A DNA stretch of 64,000 nt from Lytechinus pictus (GCF_037042905.1 NC_087245.1:24802001-24866000), one strand, 5' to 3'. Positions 40,273-52,123 are shown, counted from the stretch's first letter. Notes: generated by a model from the letters alone, not told the origin. A program made the numbers and translations.

Positions 40273-40278
40273 TGGCAT
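37222..40278 (-). CDS. LINE ORF2: APE endonuclease plus reverse transcriptase (1018 aa)
   Basis: APE motifs HLNIRS, AITETWL, VYRPP, LGDMNI, SLIDH, SDHF; RT motifs NYRPIS, QSGFR, LDLQKAFDTV, GVPQGSILGP, LYADD, KYLG; N-terminal WxCxxC remnant. Confidence 0.95.
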   Translation of the reverse strand: MPNENWICLTCSLPPFCDSIFTQSLIDVQPTSKVNAPPIPEFNPPTGIDKAVLYKSFNDIFKAKGLHFVHLNIRSILYKVPELRVLLNESRISVIAITETWLNSSINDEEIYIDGYSILRRDRAGDHGGGVCLYIKNDIAFNLREDLTPDGIESLWIDILLPHTKPITLGVVYRPPRDNHFIDSLPDILDILTKDDEVILLGDMNICLLQQSALTKRYKNILNLYGFSQLITKPTRTSPTTSSLIDHVICSKEENICQSGVFEIGLSDHFLTYCSRKLIRPVFGQHRTISIRCMKNYCENDFNFVLSQINWSVIFECNEVNIAWSHFKSIFMSVVDKCAPLKQVRIKQRTERWMNSEIIGLIRQRNIAFRKMKKDIGNLELERKFKLLRNVVQRKVRKAKDEFFQNQIEDNKHDSRKLWKNLKELGLKNKQKNIQKSVINIEGELCHDNLKIANEFNNYFTTVADKLACELPITDRSEFGADSPNLKKLYDNKGIQRGCFNFSPVTEKFVLDELSKLKISKSTGLDLVPARFLKDGAKNVFIPLTYIINLSISTCTFPDEMKIAKVTPLHKKKDKTHVGNYRPISVLSIVSKILEKCVYSQIEKYFKEYKIIYEFQSGFRNGYSTETCLIHLLDFVRNEISEGRYVGMVLLDLQKAFDTVNHEILLKKLEVMGLNSACLNWFRSYLTNRRQVVSMQNVLSYSMPIKCGVPQGSILGPILFMCYINDMCICVNESKLLLYADDSVLLYSDTSPKLIGEKLSLELSNCVKWMIDNKLSLHVGKTESILFCSRGKSKHTDDFNIYYNNQLIKRQNSVKYLGLILNSDLSCTSMVDSIVKKANARLKFLYRYQNCMNTKSRRILSFSLIQCLFDYANAAWYCSLGKVDQKKFIIMQNKIVRFITCLHPRTHVGKNEIEKAGLLRIDLRSQQLILHHVHNIFYSNEYHYISKNFTRSSNIHGHETRNSLFNFVVPMRKGQIGNTFYYKGIHFWNSLPNHVKSVKTFSQFKRVLKQHLKNVPTL

Positions 40279-41663
40279 TTTAAAGGCTCCGTACTAAGGG
40301 TAATTATCCGGGGTAATTGTCTCGAGGGTAAATTTCTGGGGGTAACAGTCCCCGGCGGTAAAAATATGGGGATCATATTTTCCTTGAAGTAGTTGTCAGT
40401 GGATGATTGCCCTAATTTGGTTATTGTTATAGAACCCAGGCGCGGATCCAGGATTTGGTGAGAAGGGGGGCCCAAATTTGACCTGATTCTTGGCGCCCAT
40501 GTGTACTTTTCGAAAAATTGCGCCCACTCCCTTCCAGCCAGGCTAACTTAAGTGCCTTAAATGGATTTTGAATTATCTTATAATCACATTTTAAAAAGGC
40601 AATTAAAGACCATTCTTTTAATGTGTTCTTTAAAAAAAAATCGATGAATATAATAATGAAATATCAATGGGAGCGCGAAGCGCGAGCGATTGGGGGGGGG
40701 GGGGTTCAATTTGGTTTAATTTCTCACGAGAGTAGGCCCTACTAGAATATTGTGTGAACGGGAGCTGTAGTTTCTTTGCTTGTTGTTTTAGAATAGCCTT
40801 CAATAATATTAATGATAGCTTCTTGGGAATAATGCAATCACGAAGCAATCGACTCATTCTCCTCATTTGTGGCGTATTTATTCAGCATGGGTGCACGAGG
40901 GGGGGGGGGTCTTGTTGAACTTTTGTAGAGGGCACCAAGATAACAACAATCAATGAAATGGGAGGGGGGTAGAGGTTAAAGAATATCTGAGATTTTATTT
41001 TAAAAAACACATTGAGGTATTTCACAAGGCCTAAATATATAATGAGAACGCGAAGCGCGATCTGATTTTTTTTTTTTGATGTATTTTATCCTGAAAGCCT
41101 AATTCCGGGGGCGGACCCAGCTTCCGCAAATGAGGGGGCGAATTTTTTCACCCATATTTTCCCCGATCGGCCGCTCAATGTTGATTTTTTTTTTTTTTTT
41201 TTGAAAGGGTTGTTCCAGTGGCGTAATGAGCCAACAATTTTGAGGGGGCTCGATATGGCGTATCGCATAAAATTAATAAGAAGTTTCCAGTGAGCGAAGC
41301 GAGCAAGCAAATATGCTGACATTTTTATTACAAAAATACAAGGTTGTGATAGATTTTGACATAATATTTGGAAAATAATATCATATTTCATCCTAATCCC
41401 TTTCCTTTTCTCTCTTTTTTTTTTTTTTTTTTTTGGGGGGGGGGGGCAAAACGCCCGTGTCCTAACAGTCATTTCCTAGCTTTACTTTATAAACAACATA
41501 AATGTGTAACAATCTCATAAGCCCTATGCAAGCTAAAAAAAATGAAATTTCATGTATTTTGTCCAGAAAATTGAAAATTCTGGGCAATGTTTGTAAACCT
41601 GAACAGAACGCGTTATGTAACTAGATAATTACCATGAGCGCGAAGCGCGATCAGAAGTGTTAA

Positions 41664-42273
41664 AGGACAAGCCCACCCCAACAAAAAGTTGCTTTGAATA
41701 GAAAGTGAAAAATTAAACAAACATAACACTGAAAATTTCATCAAAATCGGATGTAAAAAAAGAAAGTTAACATAACACATAACATTTTAAAGTTTTGCTT
41801 AATTTTTCAAAACATTTATATGCACATCCTGGTCGGTATGCAAATAAGGGGACCGATGACATCACCCACTCACTATTTCTTTTGTATTTTATTATATGAA
41901 ATATGAAATATTTTGATTTTCTCGTCATTGTCATGTGAAACAAAGTTTCATTCTTCCCTGAACACATGTAATTCAATTATTTTAACATTTTGTGGTTCAA
42001 GCAAGGGGGTCCTAATTGTCGAATTCATAAAAATTGAAATATTGTATTATTCAAACAATAGAAAACAAAATAAATAGTGAGTGAGTAACATCATCGACTC
42101 TCTCATTTGCATATCACTGAGTTGAGCATAGAACTGTTTTTTTGAAAAAATAAGCGAAACTTTAAAATGTCATAACTTATTTTACATCCGATTTTGATGA
42201 AGTTTTCAGCGTTATTCATGTTTGATTTTTCTCTATTTATTCAAATCAACATTTTCTGGGGTGGACTTGACCT
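41664..42273. mobile_element. Kolobok-like palindromic MITE
   Basis: TTAA on both sides; TIRs AGGACAAGCCCACCCCA / TGGGGTGGACTTGACCT; long mirrored arms. Single-arm relatives at ~51290-51408 and ~54180-54330. Confidence 0.8.
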
Positions 42274-44439
42274 TTAAATATGCATTCTGGCCTAGTCGAA
42301 AAGGGACCTGTTAAGGACGTTTTGCAGTTAGCCATTAAGACGATATATATTTCAACGATTAAATAATGTGAGCGCGAAGCGCAAGCTGAACATTTTTGAT
42401 ATTCCAACCTAAAAAGATGAGATTTCAAACCCCCCAACAGGACGCTCGAGTCATGTTTTGTCAATCATGAAAAAGGATGGGTAATTTTTAGTGTCTTCAT
42501 AATGCGAGCGCAAAGCGCGAGCAGAAAATTTTTGATATTCTGATCTGAAACTGGATAATTTTAGTACGTTTTGAATAAGATCAAGCTGCGTATCTAAAAA
42601 AAAACATGCGTGCGCGTGTTTTAGAGTTAGACCAGTTAGACAGAATCTGCATTCTGAATACATTTCATTTTTCATCATGAAAATCAATAATGCGATCGCA
42701 GAGCGCGAGTTGAAAATAATATTTGAAATTCCGATATGAAATGAGTCAATTTAAGCACTATTTACAGCACTTTGTATATAGGAAAATTGTGACGTCGATG
42801 TGGATAGCACTAAATAAATGATGCGAGCGCGAATCGTGTGCTGATATTTTATTATTATTTTAACCTAGGATCGAGACATTTTAAGCCTAAGGATATTTTG
42901 TCATCATTATAAGAATGATGACTATCTTCTATTTCTTTTCTTAAAACGTGTCGATATTTATTTATGAAAAAGGGACAATTTAGTTATTATGAATTCATAA
43001 AAATTTTATTTCATATTTATTAATTTAATAAGCCTAATGAGTGTGTGAAATTTGTTGACAGTGTATGTGGCCTGAAAACTGGAAATTTTAAGTATTTTTA
43101 TAATCATGAATAGGATTCATTGGTTGATATATTTTTAGCAAATAACGTGAGCGCAAATCGCGATCCGAAATGTTTAAATGGGGGGGGGATTTAAGTAGTT
43201 TGTTATAGAATTAATATACAGTATAGGTGTACATAACTCACCAAAATGCGAGAGCACAGCGTGAGCATAGGCCTTCATTTTTTTTTAGAATCGAGACACC
43301 TGAAAAGGAATATTTAGATAATCTTATATGAAATACAAAAAGGCAAAAGGTAGGCCTACATAGCAAATAATGCGAGCGCACAAAATGTTGCAAATGTTGA
43401 TTCACACCATAAAACGGACATTTTCCAGAGCACTTTAAAAAAAAAAAATGGCCAAAAAAAAAAAAAATGAAAGATCGATGTCCGAGCTGAATTATGTTTT
43501 GTATATTGACTTCAAAACTTTATCTTTTGAACTATATATCAGCCTATATTGACCGAGATATGTATCTCATCGAACAGGCAATGCGAGCGTGATGCGCGAG
43601 CGAAATTTTAATATAGTGACATTAAATATTTTAAAAATTATTTTTTAAGTCTTCTCCTGACCTTATTTTATTCACTCGTCTTCCTCCTTTTATCTTTCCC
43701 CTTCTTTTTGTCTTTCTTTCCCCGTTTTTCCCAATTTATTTGCTCCGTCAATAGGGGGAGGGGCCCTCGGGCCCCCTGGATTCGCCTATGTTAGTAGTTG
43801 ATGAACACGATGCATATCTATTAAGAAATGAATGCGAGCGCGAAGCGCTAGCTGAAAACTTTTATAATGATAAAATGAAAAATACATTTTCAGTTGTCAG
43901 GTTAGAATATCAAATATTTTCAGCTTGTGCTTCTCGTTCTCTAAAAAAAAACTGTGAGGTCGGGATGCGTATATAACTAAACAATTTATTGATGCCAGCG
44001 CGAAGCGCGAGCTCAATTTTTTTATATACTGACTTAAGAAGGATTAAGGTATAATTCCTATTCTAATTGCTTGTCCCTTTTCTCTTCGTTTTCTGTTTCT
44101 TACCCCTTTTTTGCGCCACCATGGGGGGGGGGGCAAAATCTTTGCCCCGTGGATCGGCCTATGTATGTTGACTTGAAGAACACTAACACTTACATGTAGG
44201 ATTGATGCAGAGGATGCATACCTCATTGATGAAATATTGCGAGCGCGTAGCGCGAGCTGAATTTGATAATAACCCCTTTTTGTGACCCTGAACAGGATAT
44301 CTATCTCGCTAAACAGACTTAAAACTCGAAAACATTGTTTTTGTCTATTATCGTAAAAACGGGATATTTTAATTCACCCGCATGAATTTAAGCTTTTTGG
44401 GCAGGACATATATTTCACTATAAACAGGCAATACGAGCA

Positions 44440-44790
44440 ATGTTGCGCCCCCGGTCGAAAATGAATTTGCATGAAGCCCCCTAAGTTCAAGGTCAATTTG
44501 GCGCCCTCGGTTGAACATAAACTTGGCGCCCCCATGTGAAATATAACTTTGCCCTCCCCCCCCCCCCCCTCTGAAACATGTATTTGTCGCATTATGGTCA
44601 AAATTCAAATTAGCGCTCCTCTATAGTTCGAACATCAATTTGGTGCCCCGCTAGATCGAACATCAATTCGGCGCTCCCATAGTTCGAACATCAATTTCGC
44701 GCCCCCCTCCCAGTTCAAACATCAGTTCGGCGCCCCATAGTTCTAATGTTATTTTGGCGCCGCCTAGTTCGAACATCAAATCGACGTCCG
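44440..44790. repeat. ~27-30-bp tandem repeat
   Basis: Repeated TAGTTCGAACATCAATT(T/C)GGCGCCCC. Confidence 0.75.
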
Positions 44791-44799
44791 GGTCAACAT

Positions 44800-45700
44800 C
44801 TCCCTCTTTCGTTTCCCATCTCCTTTTCTTTCTTTCTTTTTTTTCTTTCTCTTATCCTCATTCCCCTTCCTTTCTCTTTCTTTCTCTCTTTCTTTCCCCC
44901 TCTTCCTCTCCCCTTTTCTTCTTTTCCTTCCTCCTCTCTCTCTCTCTCTCATTTTCTTCTCTTAATTTTCCCCTTTTCTTCTCTTTTTTCTTGTCTTCCT
45001 TTCTCCCTTTTCTTCTCTTTTCCCCTATCTTTTCTTTCCCACTTTTCTTCTATTTTTTCCCGTCTTTTCTTTCTCTCTTTTCCTCTCTCTTTTCTCTTTT
45101 TTCTTCTTTTCCTTCCCCCCTCACTCTCTCCTTTTTTCTTCTCTTTTCCTCTATTCCCCTCTCTCTCTCTCTTTTCTTATCTTTCTTCCCATCTTCCTCT
45201 CTTTTTAAATATTATTCTCTTCCTTCCCCTTTTCTTTCTCCTTTCTTTTCCCTCTTCCGCTTTTTTCTTTTTCCCCCTTTTTTCTTTTTCTTTCCTTTCC
45301 CCCTTTTTCTCTTTTAATTTTTTTTCTTCTCTCCCTCTCCTTCCCCCTCTCTCTTTTTCTTCTCTTCTTTTCCCCTCTTCCTCTCTCTCTCTCTTTTTTT
45401 CTTATCTTTCTTCCCATCTTCCTCTCTATTTAAATATTCTTCTCTTCCTTCCTCTTTTTTTCTTCTTCTTTTTCCTCCTTTTCCATTCTCCTTTCTTTTC
45501 TTCTCTTCCTTTTCCCTCCTCTCTTGTTTTCTCTTCTCTTTCCCCCTTTTCTTCTCCCTTTTTCCCGTCTTTTCTGTCTCTCTTTTCCTCTCTCTTTTCT
45601 CTTTTTCTTCTCTTCCTTCCTCCCCCTTACTCTCTTTTCTATTCTCTTCTTTTCCCATCTTCCTCTCTCTCTTTTCCCCTCTTCCCCCTCTTTTTTTTTT
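44800..45700. repeat. Long polypyrimidine low-complexity tract with internal duplications
   Basis: ~900 bp of almost pure C/T; TTAAATATT-containing block repeated at ~45205 and ~45430. Confidence 0.9.
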
Positions 45701-46134
45701 GAGCTGGGGGTGGGGGGGTGAGGCAGTTCCCCCTCGGCCCCCCCATGGATCCGCACCTGATAGAACCCCATGGTCTCGTATCATTTGACCTTTGGACCTC
45801 TCGATGACATTTGATACATCTGATCATAATTTTACACACACTGCGGACTATCGGACCCGCGGTCTATCGGACCCGCGGTCTATCGGACCCGCGGACTATC
45901 GGACCCGCGGTCTATCGGACCCGCGGTCTATCGGGATGTCCCCGAATGGACGAGTTGGTAAAAGACAAATTGGCAATTTACCCACATGGGGAGCGTCAGA
46001 ACTGACCCCAAACAGAACGATGATGGTGTTTCGTCAGTGTCATTTTATTTCACTATTTTATTAATCAAATTTGAAAAAAATCAGTATTGTCTTTAATATT
46101 CCATTTTAGTTAGATGGCTCTGATGAAGATTACA

Positions 46135-46589
46135 AACATTATACAAATAATGAATGTTTTAATGCAATGGACAGAATACTTCATGAGGTGAAAGATGAAA
46201 TGATCCATTCAACGAGGCGTAGCCGAGTTGAATGGATCATTATTTCATCTTTCACCGAATGAAGTATTCTGTCCATTGCACAAATGAAAAAACATTCATT
46301 ATTTGGTTTATATGACACCTAAAAATTTTTTTCATATGAAATTCATGAATTTCGATGCAAAACATGCTCATGCAGTACGAGTTCGGTCTGTTGATTGTTA
46401 CGTCATTGCAACATGCGCACTGCTGGTGCATGAGCTGCAGTCTCGTTGCGCGAGTGCAATGGACAAAATCGTATGGATCCAATGAATGGATCCAAAATTG
46501 CACGTTTGATGACGTCCTTGCAAAATGGGCTGAATGAACGATATCAAACAACCAATCAAATCCCAAGGATCTATCTAGGTGTCATATAA
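46135..46589. mobile_element. Hairpin-bearing non-autonomous insertion, family uncertain
   Basis: Absent from the paralogous site in units A and D; ~170-bp hairpin with loop CGAGGCGTAGCCGAG; inverted pair TTATATGACACCTA / TAGGTGTCATATAA. Confidence 0.75.
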
Positions 46590-49500
46590 CAGTTTTCAAC
46601 ACACCTTCTTTTCCCAGTTACCAAGGTGATATCCTGCATGCCCCCACCCATAGACGTAGTCCATGCACTATTTTCTTTTCGGTGGATAAACTTGAATAAA
46701 GTAAAGCGGTCATTCGGCAGTCCGTCAGCCGAAGATTTGTTTGACGGCGAAATATCTAATTCACCTGCATTTTATTTGTACTGGTCATTATCAGGGGAGT
46801 GGTTCATGAAACAAAATAGCCAGTGATTTTCACTAACAAATTGACTCTGGGCCAATCGGATGCAACGATTTTGGTAGCTTATAACAATAGTCAGTTGCCG
46901 TTAGCATGGTAATCCAGATATACTCAATGACGCACGAGCTTGTGGCAGGTGTCTTGCATTTTTACGCCAAGATAATAGATGCTTATTTCACTTTAGCTTG
47001 AAATGCGCGAATGAATTAGCGAATGAACTTGGATTCCTCGTTGTGAAGATTTTTTAACAGCCACTTGCAATGAATGATCTGTTCATGAAAAAGGCACCAG
47101 GTTATATTTCAACGGAACCAGTTTCATAAATTCATTTTGCACAGGTCTCCATTAACTACGCCCCTCATACAGTTTTCATTCTCTCCCCCCCCCCCTGATT
47201 TTACCAAAGATTTTTTCATCGTGCTCACTCTCATGCGGAAAATGTTCCCCTATCAAATCAATTACCTGAAACTTCTTCCTCTAAATATTTATTTACATTC
47301 ATACATTCATTAATAGCTGGATTGATTCATCAATTTATTTGTTTCTTCATTTATTCATAATTACTTTTGTTGATTCATTGCTTGTCAGAATCATATGCAA
47401 ATATTTTTAATTGATGCACATCTGGCATAGCAACAATAAATACAGTGTATGCTATCCATTTATACAGCATTCGCCATCGTCAAACGTTAATCCAAACAGC
47501 CTTCCAATTGTGTCAGTGGTCAGTGGGGCGGATCAAGGTTTATAGAAATGATGAGGGGGTGGCACAAGAAATTGCTGACCACCCCCTAGCTCCCCCAGAA
47601 AAAATGTGTTATCATGTAAATAAGTAATAATTTCCTTCTTATTTCATGGACAGTTTTTAGCACCCCCCCCCCCCGATCCACCAATAGTAACCATGCATTG
47701 GGTAGTTCTTAAACACCGCAAGCATGAAAAGAGGGTAAATAAGTATAAGTTAATTATTGAAACGAAACTGTCATCTTAATAACAGACATAATTGATAGGC
47801 CAAAATCGAATACAAACTGAGGTTATTAAAAACAAAGGATAAACGATTCATAATACGATAGAGAGCGGGGAGAAGGGTGCACATGAGGGGGGTATTTTCA
47901 ATTGGTCTAATGCCAATTCGTCCAATTACCCACTCGTCTACTGTCATTTGGTCTACCATCAGTTCGTCCACTATAGACATGATCTAATTGCAATTTCGTC
48001 CACTCATCATTTCGTCTAATAACCTGTTGGTCCAATAACCATTTAGTCCATATACCATTTTGGTCTAATTGGACTAAGTGTTAATTGGGCAAAATGAATA
48101 AAAATAAAATGCATATTAGACCAACTGATTAATATGCAAAATATTCATAGACGAAGTGGTGATTAGACGAAATGATGATTGGACAAAATGGTCGTTAGAC
48201 GAAATGTTGATGGATGGAATGGCATTACACTAAATGAAGGTAGAACATGGGATGAGTGGACGAGTTGGTAATAGACGAATTGGCAATTTACCCACATGGG
48301 GAGCGTTAATAGAACTGACCCCAGACAGAACGACGCTGGTGTTTCGTCAGTGTCATTATATTGTTTTATTTCACTATTTTCATAATCAAATTTGAGAAAA
48401 TCAGTATTGTCTATAACATTCCATTTTAGTAAGATGGCTCTGATGAAAATTACATCAGTTTTCAACACACCTTCTTCCCCCTTTTTTCAATCCTTGAAAC
48501 CAAAAATTACCCACAGGTGATATCCTGCATGCCCCCACCCATAGACGTAGTCCATGCACTATTTTCTTTTCGGTGGATAAACTTGAATAAAGTAAAACAG
48601 TTATTTGGCAGTCCGTCGGCCGAAGATTTGTTTGACGGCGAAGTATCTAATTCACGTGCATTTTATTTGTACTGGTCATTATCAGGGGAGTGGTTCATGA
48701 AACAAAATAGCCAGTGATTTTCACTAACAAATTGACTCTGAGCCAATGGGATGCAACGATTTTGGTAGCTTATAACAATAGTCAGTTGCCGCTAGCATGG
48801 TTAGACCAAATGACCAGTAGCACATGTGGCAGGTGTCTAGCATTCTTACGCCAAGATAATAGATGTTTATTTCACTTGAGCTTGCACGAATGAAATAGCA
48901 ATTCAACTTGGATGGCTTATCCAAAACATGGAAAGCATAATGTGTACGTGGGAGACTGTCCTGATCTGACCAAGCAGCTAATCACACGCCCCTGACCCCA
49001 ATAATGTTTCTATGTTATGCGAGGGCAACTATAATATATAGAGTATCTATTTTTTTTCCTTTGTGGTCGAAACTTATTTTTGTGGGGGGGGGGGGGGGGC
49101 TTGAGTGATTTTTTTTTTTTTTTTGGGGGGGGGGCTTCAGCCCTATGCTTCAGCCCCCAAAGTTTTCCTCTTGAACCGCGCCTGGCGAGCGCGAATCGCG
49201 AGCGAAACATTCATTAAAAGGCTTGCTATTTGCAAATTATCCTCCTCCTCTAATTTTCGCCACTCCGATCATTCTTCCTCCTTTTCTTTTTTTTCTTCCT
49301 CTTCTTTTCTTCATATTCTCCTCCCTTTCCCCCCCCCCTTTTTTTTTAAGATTCCTCCTTTTTCTGCTTCGCCAATTGACGGGGGCGGCGCAGCAGCTGC
49401 TTCACCCTCCTTTATTTTACAATATGTTTCCCGCCCTGATCTATTGATTTTTGGACGAGAGAAGGCAATGGATTTGAGGCTATTAGATTCACAATTTTGT

Positions 49501-49738
49501 TGGAAAAAAGATAGCAACTGATATTTCTCCTTTACTGGTAAATGCTAATATGGGTTCACCTCAATGGCCTTACCCAATATTTGTAGGAGGGCAGTTGCAC
49601 CTTTTTTTTTGGCTGAAAATTAAGGTGATTTATGTTAAGCGTCTACATTCCCGCTGCAAAAAAAATCCTTGCACAGCCCAAAGTACCGTCGAAAGTTTGC
49701 ATGATTAACCATTTTCCCTTGATAAGGTGGGCCCAGAT

Positions 49739-50818
49739 CAGTCGCGTAGCCAGGGGGGCGGTTGGGGTGGTCGCCCCCCCCCCCCCAAAAAAAAAAAAAA
49801 AAAAAAAAACCGCTCCCATAAAGAAAAAAAAGAAGGAGAAATAGAAAAAGCGAAAGGAGAAAAGGGAAGAAAGGTATATATAGCTTTGTTGTCTTTTCCC
49901 TATTTTTTTTTGGTTAAAATATTAAAAACTTAAACGAGACCTTCTTCTCTCTTTATACCAAAATTTTGCTTCCGCGCTCTGCGCGGGAAAATATCAAAAT
50001 TGCCATTCCCTTTTGTTTCCCACACCTTTTTTCTACTCCATTTTTCTCCTTCCCAGCTGTGGGAATCGTATAGTCTTGCCATAAATTATAAGGTATACAT
50101 GGGTGTAAAGAGAATGACAAGTATTTTTTCAAATATTGCATTGACACAAAAATTTAGCTCATCTTTTCGGAGCGGGTAAACATTTCCGTCACTCCCCGAG
50201 TCCCCAAATGCTATTTCTTCATCTTTTCAGCAAGTAATTTTTGTCAAAGTATCTGCTCAAAGGGGAGGCATTAAATTCGTGCCGTGCTATATGCAAAATT
50301 ATGTACGATATTAAACTTTATGCTATATGGTTGCACATCTATGTCTTGTTTTGCGTCATTGATTTGAAATTTTGAATATCACTGAAGTTTCTTAATCAAA
50401 ACGAAGCGCTTAATATGAGCGAAATTGCACAATTTTTTCCCAAAATAAATCACAAAGGTTTCCGTGCTTCGCGAGCATGGGAAGGGAAAAGTCTCTCTTT
50501 CACATTTGAGCTCGTTTTTCTTCTCAATCGAGTTATATATAATCTAAGAAATATCAATATTAGAACAGTTTTGTTTTAATCTTAGCAAGTCAATATTCGA
50601 GTTGATAAGGGTACTAGAGACGCAAGAGACGCCTTCTTTTTATTTGAATTTGATGAGATATCGAAAACTTATACTCCCCCCCCCCTCCCCCCCTCCCCCC
50701 CCCCCTCCCCCCCACCCCCCCCCCCCCCAGGGAGCGCGCTTCGCGCGCTCTTCAAGTGTTGGCACGCTTCGCGTGCACTTACCGCCCCCTCCAAAATTAA
50801 CTCCTGGCTACGCGGTTG
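49739..50818. mobile_element. hAT-like non-autonomous element
   Basis: TIRs CAGTCGCGTAGCCAGG / CCTGGCTACGCGGTTG; degenerate 8-bp flanks GCCCAGAT / GCCCCACT. Confidence 0.6.
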
Positions 50819-52123
50819 GCCCCACTGATCTCTCCACTAACTGGATATGCGGGGAGGGTCCTTTGTTTTGAAGCCCGCGAGTTCTATTGTCCGCCATACC
50901 AGTTCCCCCAAAAGGAACGCGATCGCTCCACTAGCATTTGCATTATGAGCGATATAGCTGTCTGCACACTGAAGCTCTCATTACTTTTCATATAAAAGGT
51001 GCCAGAATTCGCAATTTTCTTGAAACCATGGTACTTTCCCAGTACATTTCGGAAACATAATTTTGAAGGGGTTGGTGTTTTTCTCACCTAAGGAAGAATG
51101 GATGAAATCCTTGACTTGTCTAGGGGTATTTTGGAGGTTTGCCACATAACATCTTAGGGATAGGGCGAGGACTTTCTAGGTTATGCAGGCTTATACACTG
51201 GGCTTGAAACCCCCTTTTATTTAAGCCCACCCCCCAAAAAATAAATCAAACAAGCATATATAACACCGAAAAATTCATCGCTTAAGTAAAACTGTAAAAT
51301 ATCATAACTTTCATATTTTACTTCTGATTTTGATTAAATTTTCAGCATTATTGTGGGTTTTTTTACTCTATTCAAATAATCTTTTCCATGAGGTGGACTC
51401 GCCCTTTAAGAGTGTCTCTCTCTCTCTCTCCCTCCGTCACATTGATCGACCCTATTCAATTATCCTCTCCCCAGTTTATTCATAGTATAGGCAGCGGAAG
51501 CGGGGGGGGGGGGGGTCCTGTCCCCCCTAAATTTTAGGTGGGGGTCAGACCCCAAAAAATTTATGTTGATAACCTTTTTTGTTCTTTTTGCTTGTCAATT
51601 TTGTTTCCTGCATCCCCTCTAAATTAAGGTGGACCCCCAAAAATTGTTGTGGTCCGCCCTAAAATTCTGGTTGGTAACCTTTTTTTTGCTTGTCAGATTA
51701 TTTCTTTTGTTTTGCATCCCTCCCTAAATTTTGGGTTGATAACCTTTTTTTTTGCTTGTCAGATTATTTTTCTTGCATCACCCCCCTAAATTTTTGGTAG
51801 ATAACCCCCCCCCCCTTTTTTTTTTGCTCCACCGAGACATTTTTTTCTTTGAAGACATTCATCTCAAAATAAGTTCTGTGAAATTTCTGAAATCTGTAAA
51901 TCCGTCTCTGTAGCCTAATGTCTTTTATGTACTTTTTTTAAAAAAATGAGTTCTTGGAAAAAATAATTAGATCTATTGTTGACAGAGAAATATCACAAAT
52001 TCACATGCCACAAGTTACATTACCCTCCTAAAGTCCTAGCCTACCGTACATGTAGCTTGTAAATTTTATTGTCCTTTCCAAGGAAATTAACACAAATAAA
52101 AGATAAAATAATTTCCAGAATAC

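Larger units (their letters stand above)
36307..40293. mobile_element. Third palindromic MITE (TAC...GTA termini) interrupted by the LINE
   Basis: TACGGAGCCTTTCAAATGCCA / TGGCATTTTAAAGGCTCCGTA; 36329-36653 is self-complementary (CGACATGGCG..ATACTTTATCTTGCCAT / ATGGCAAGATAAAGTAT..CGCCATGTCG). Confidence 0.8.
36168..40436. mobile_element. Second palindromic TIR layer (arms ~36168-36306 and ~40294-40436)
   Basis: GGTTTCTATAAC...CTGACAACTACTTCAAGGAAAATA...GGGGACTGTTACCCCC...AATTACCCCTAG is mirrored by CTAAGGGTAATT...TATTTTCCTTGAAGTAGTTGTCAG...GTTATAGAACC. Confidence 0.8.
40437..45759. mobile_element. Large non-coding hAT-like element with nested inserts
   Basis: TIRs CAGGCGCGGATCCA / TGGATCCGCACCTG; perfect 8-bp TSD ATAGAACC; many internal GCGAGCGCGAAGCGCGAG motifs; no transposase ORF. 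Confidence 0.85.
35968..45943. mobile_element. Foldback/Mutator-like TIR element enclosing a ~10-kb nest
   Basis: Perfect 8-bp TSD GAATGGAC; TIRs GGTTACAGCCCGATAG / CTATCGGGATGTCCCC with arrays of a 16-mer CCGATAG(A/T)CCGCGGGT (~9 left, ~6 right) followed by GTGTGTGTAAAATTATGATCAG. Confidence 0.9.
30125..48900. repeat. Tandem segmental repeat: four copies of a ~2-kb unit (A ~30125-33430, B ~33430-34910, C ~34910-47400, D ~47400-48900)
   Basis: Collinear shared blocks (GCATTCGCCATCGT; TTCTAAAACACCGCAAGCATG; ATATCCTGCATGCCCCCACCCATAGACG at ~32666, 46629, 48520); copies differ by insertions and a deletion. Confidence 0.9.

Noticed and set aside
44746..45839. 318-aa F/L/S/P-rich ORF and K/R/E-rich antisense ORFs
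   Set aside because: Low-complexity pyrimidine tract lacking stop codons; the same applies to 1855-2669.
32645..48717. Repeated ORF 'ISCMPPPIDVVHALFSF...' in three copies
   Set aside because: Part of the 2-kb tandem unit; track starts are TTG/GTG and no family is recognisable.
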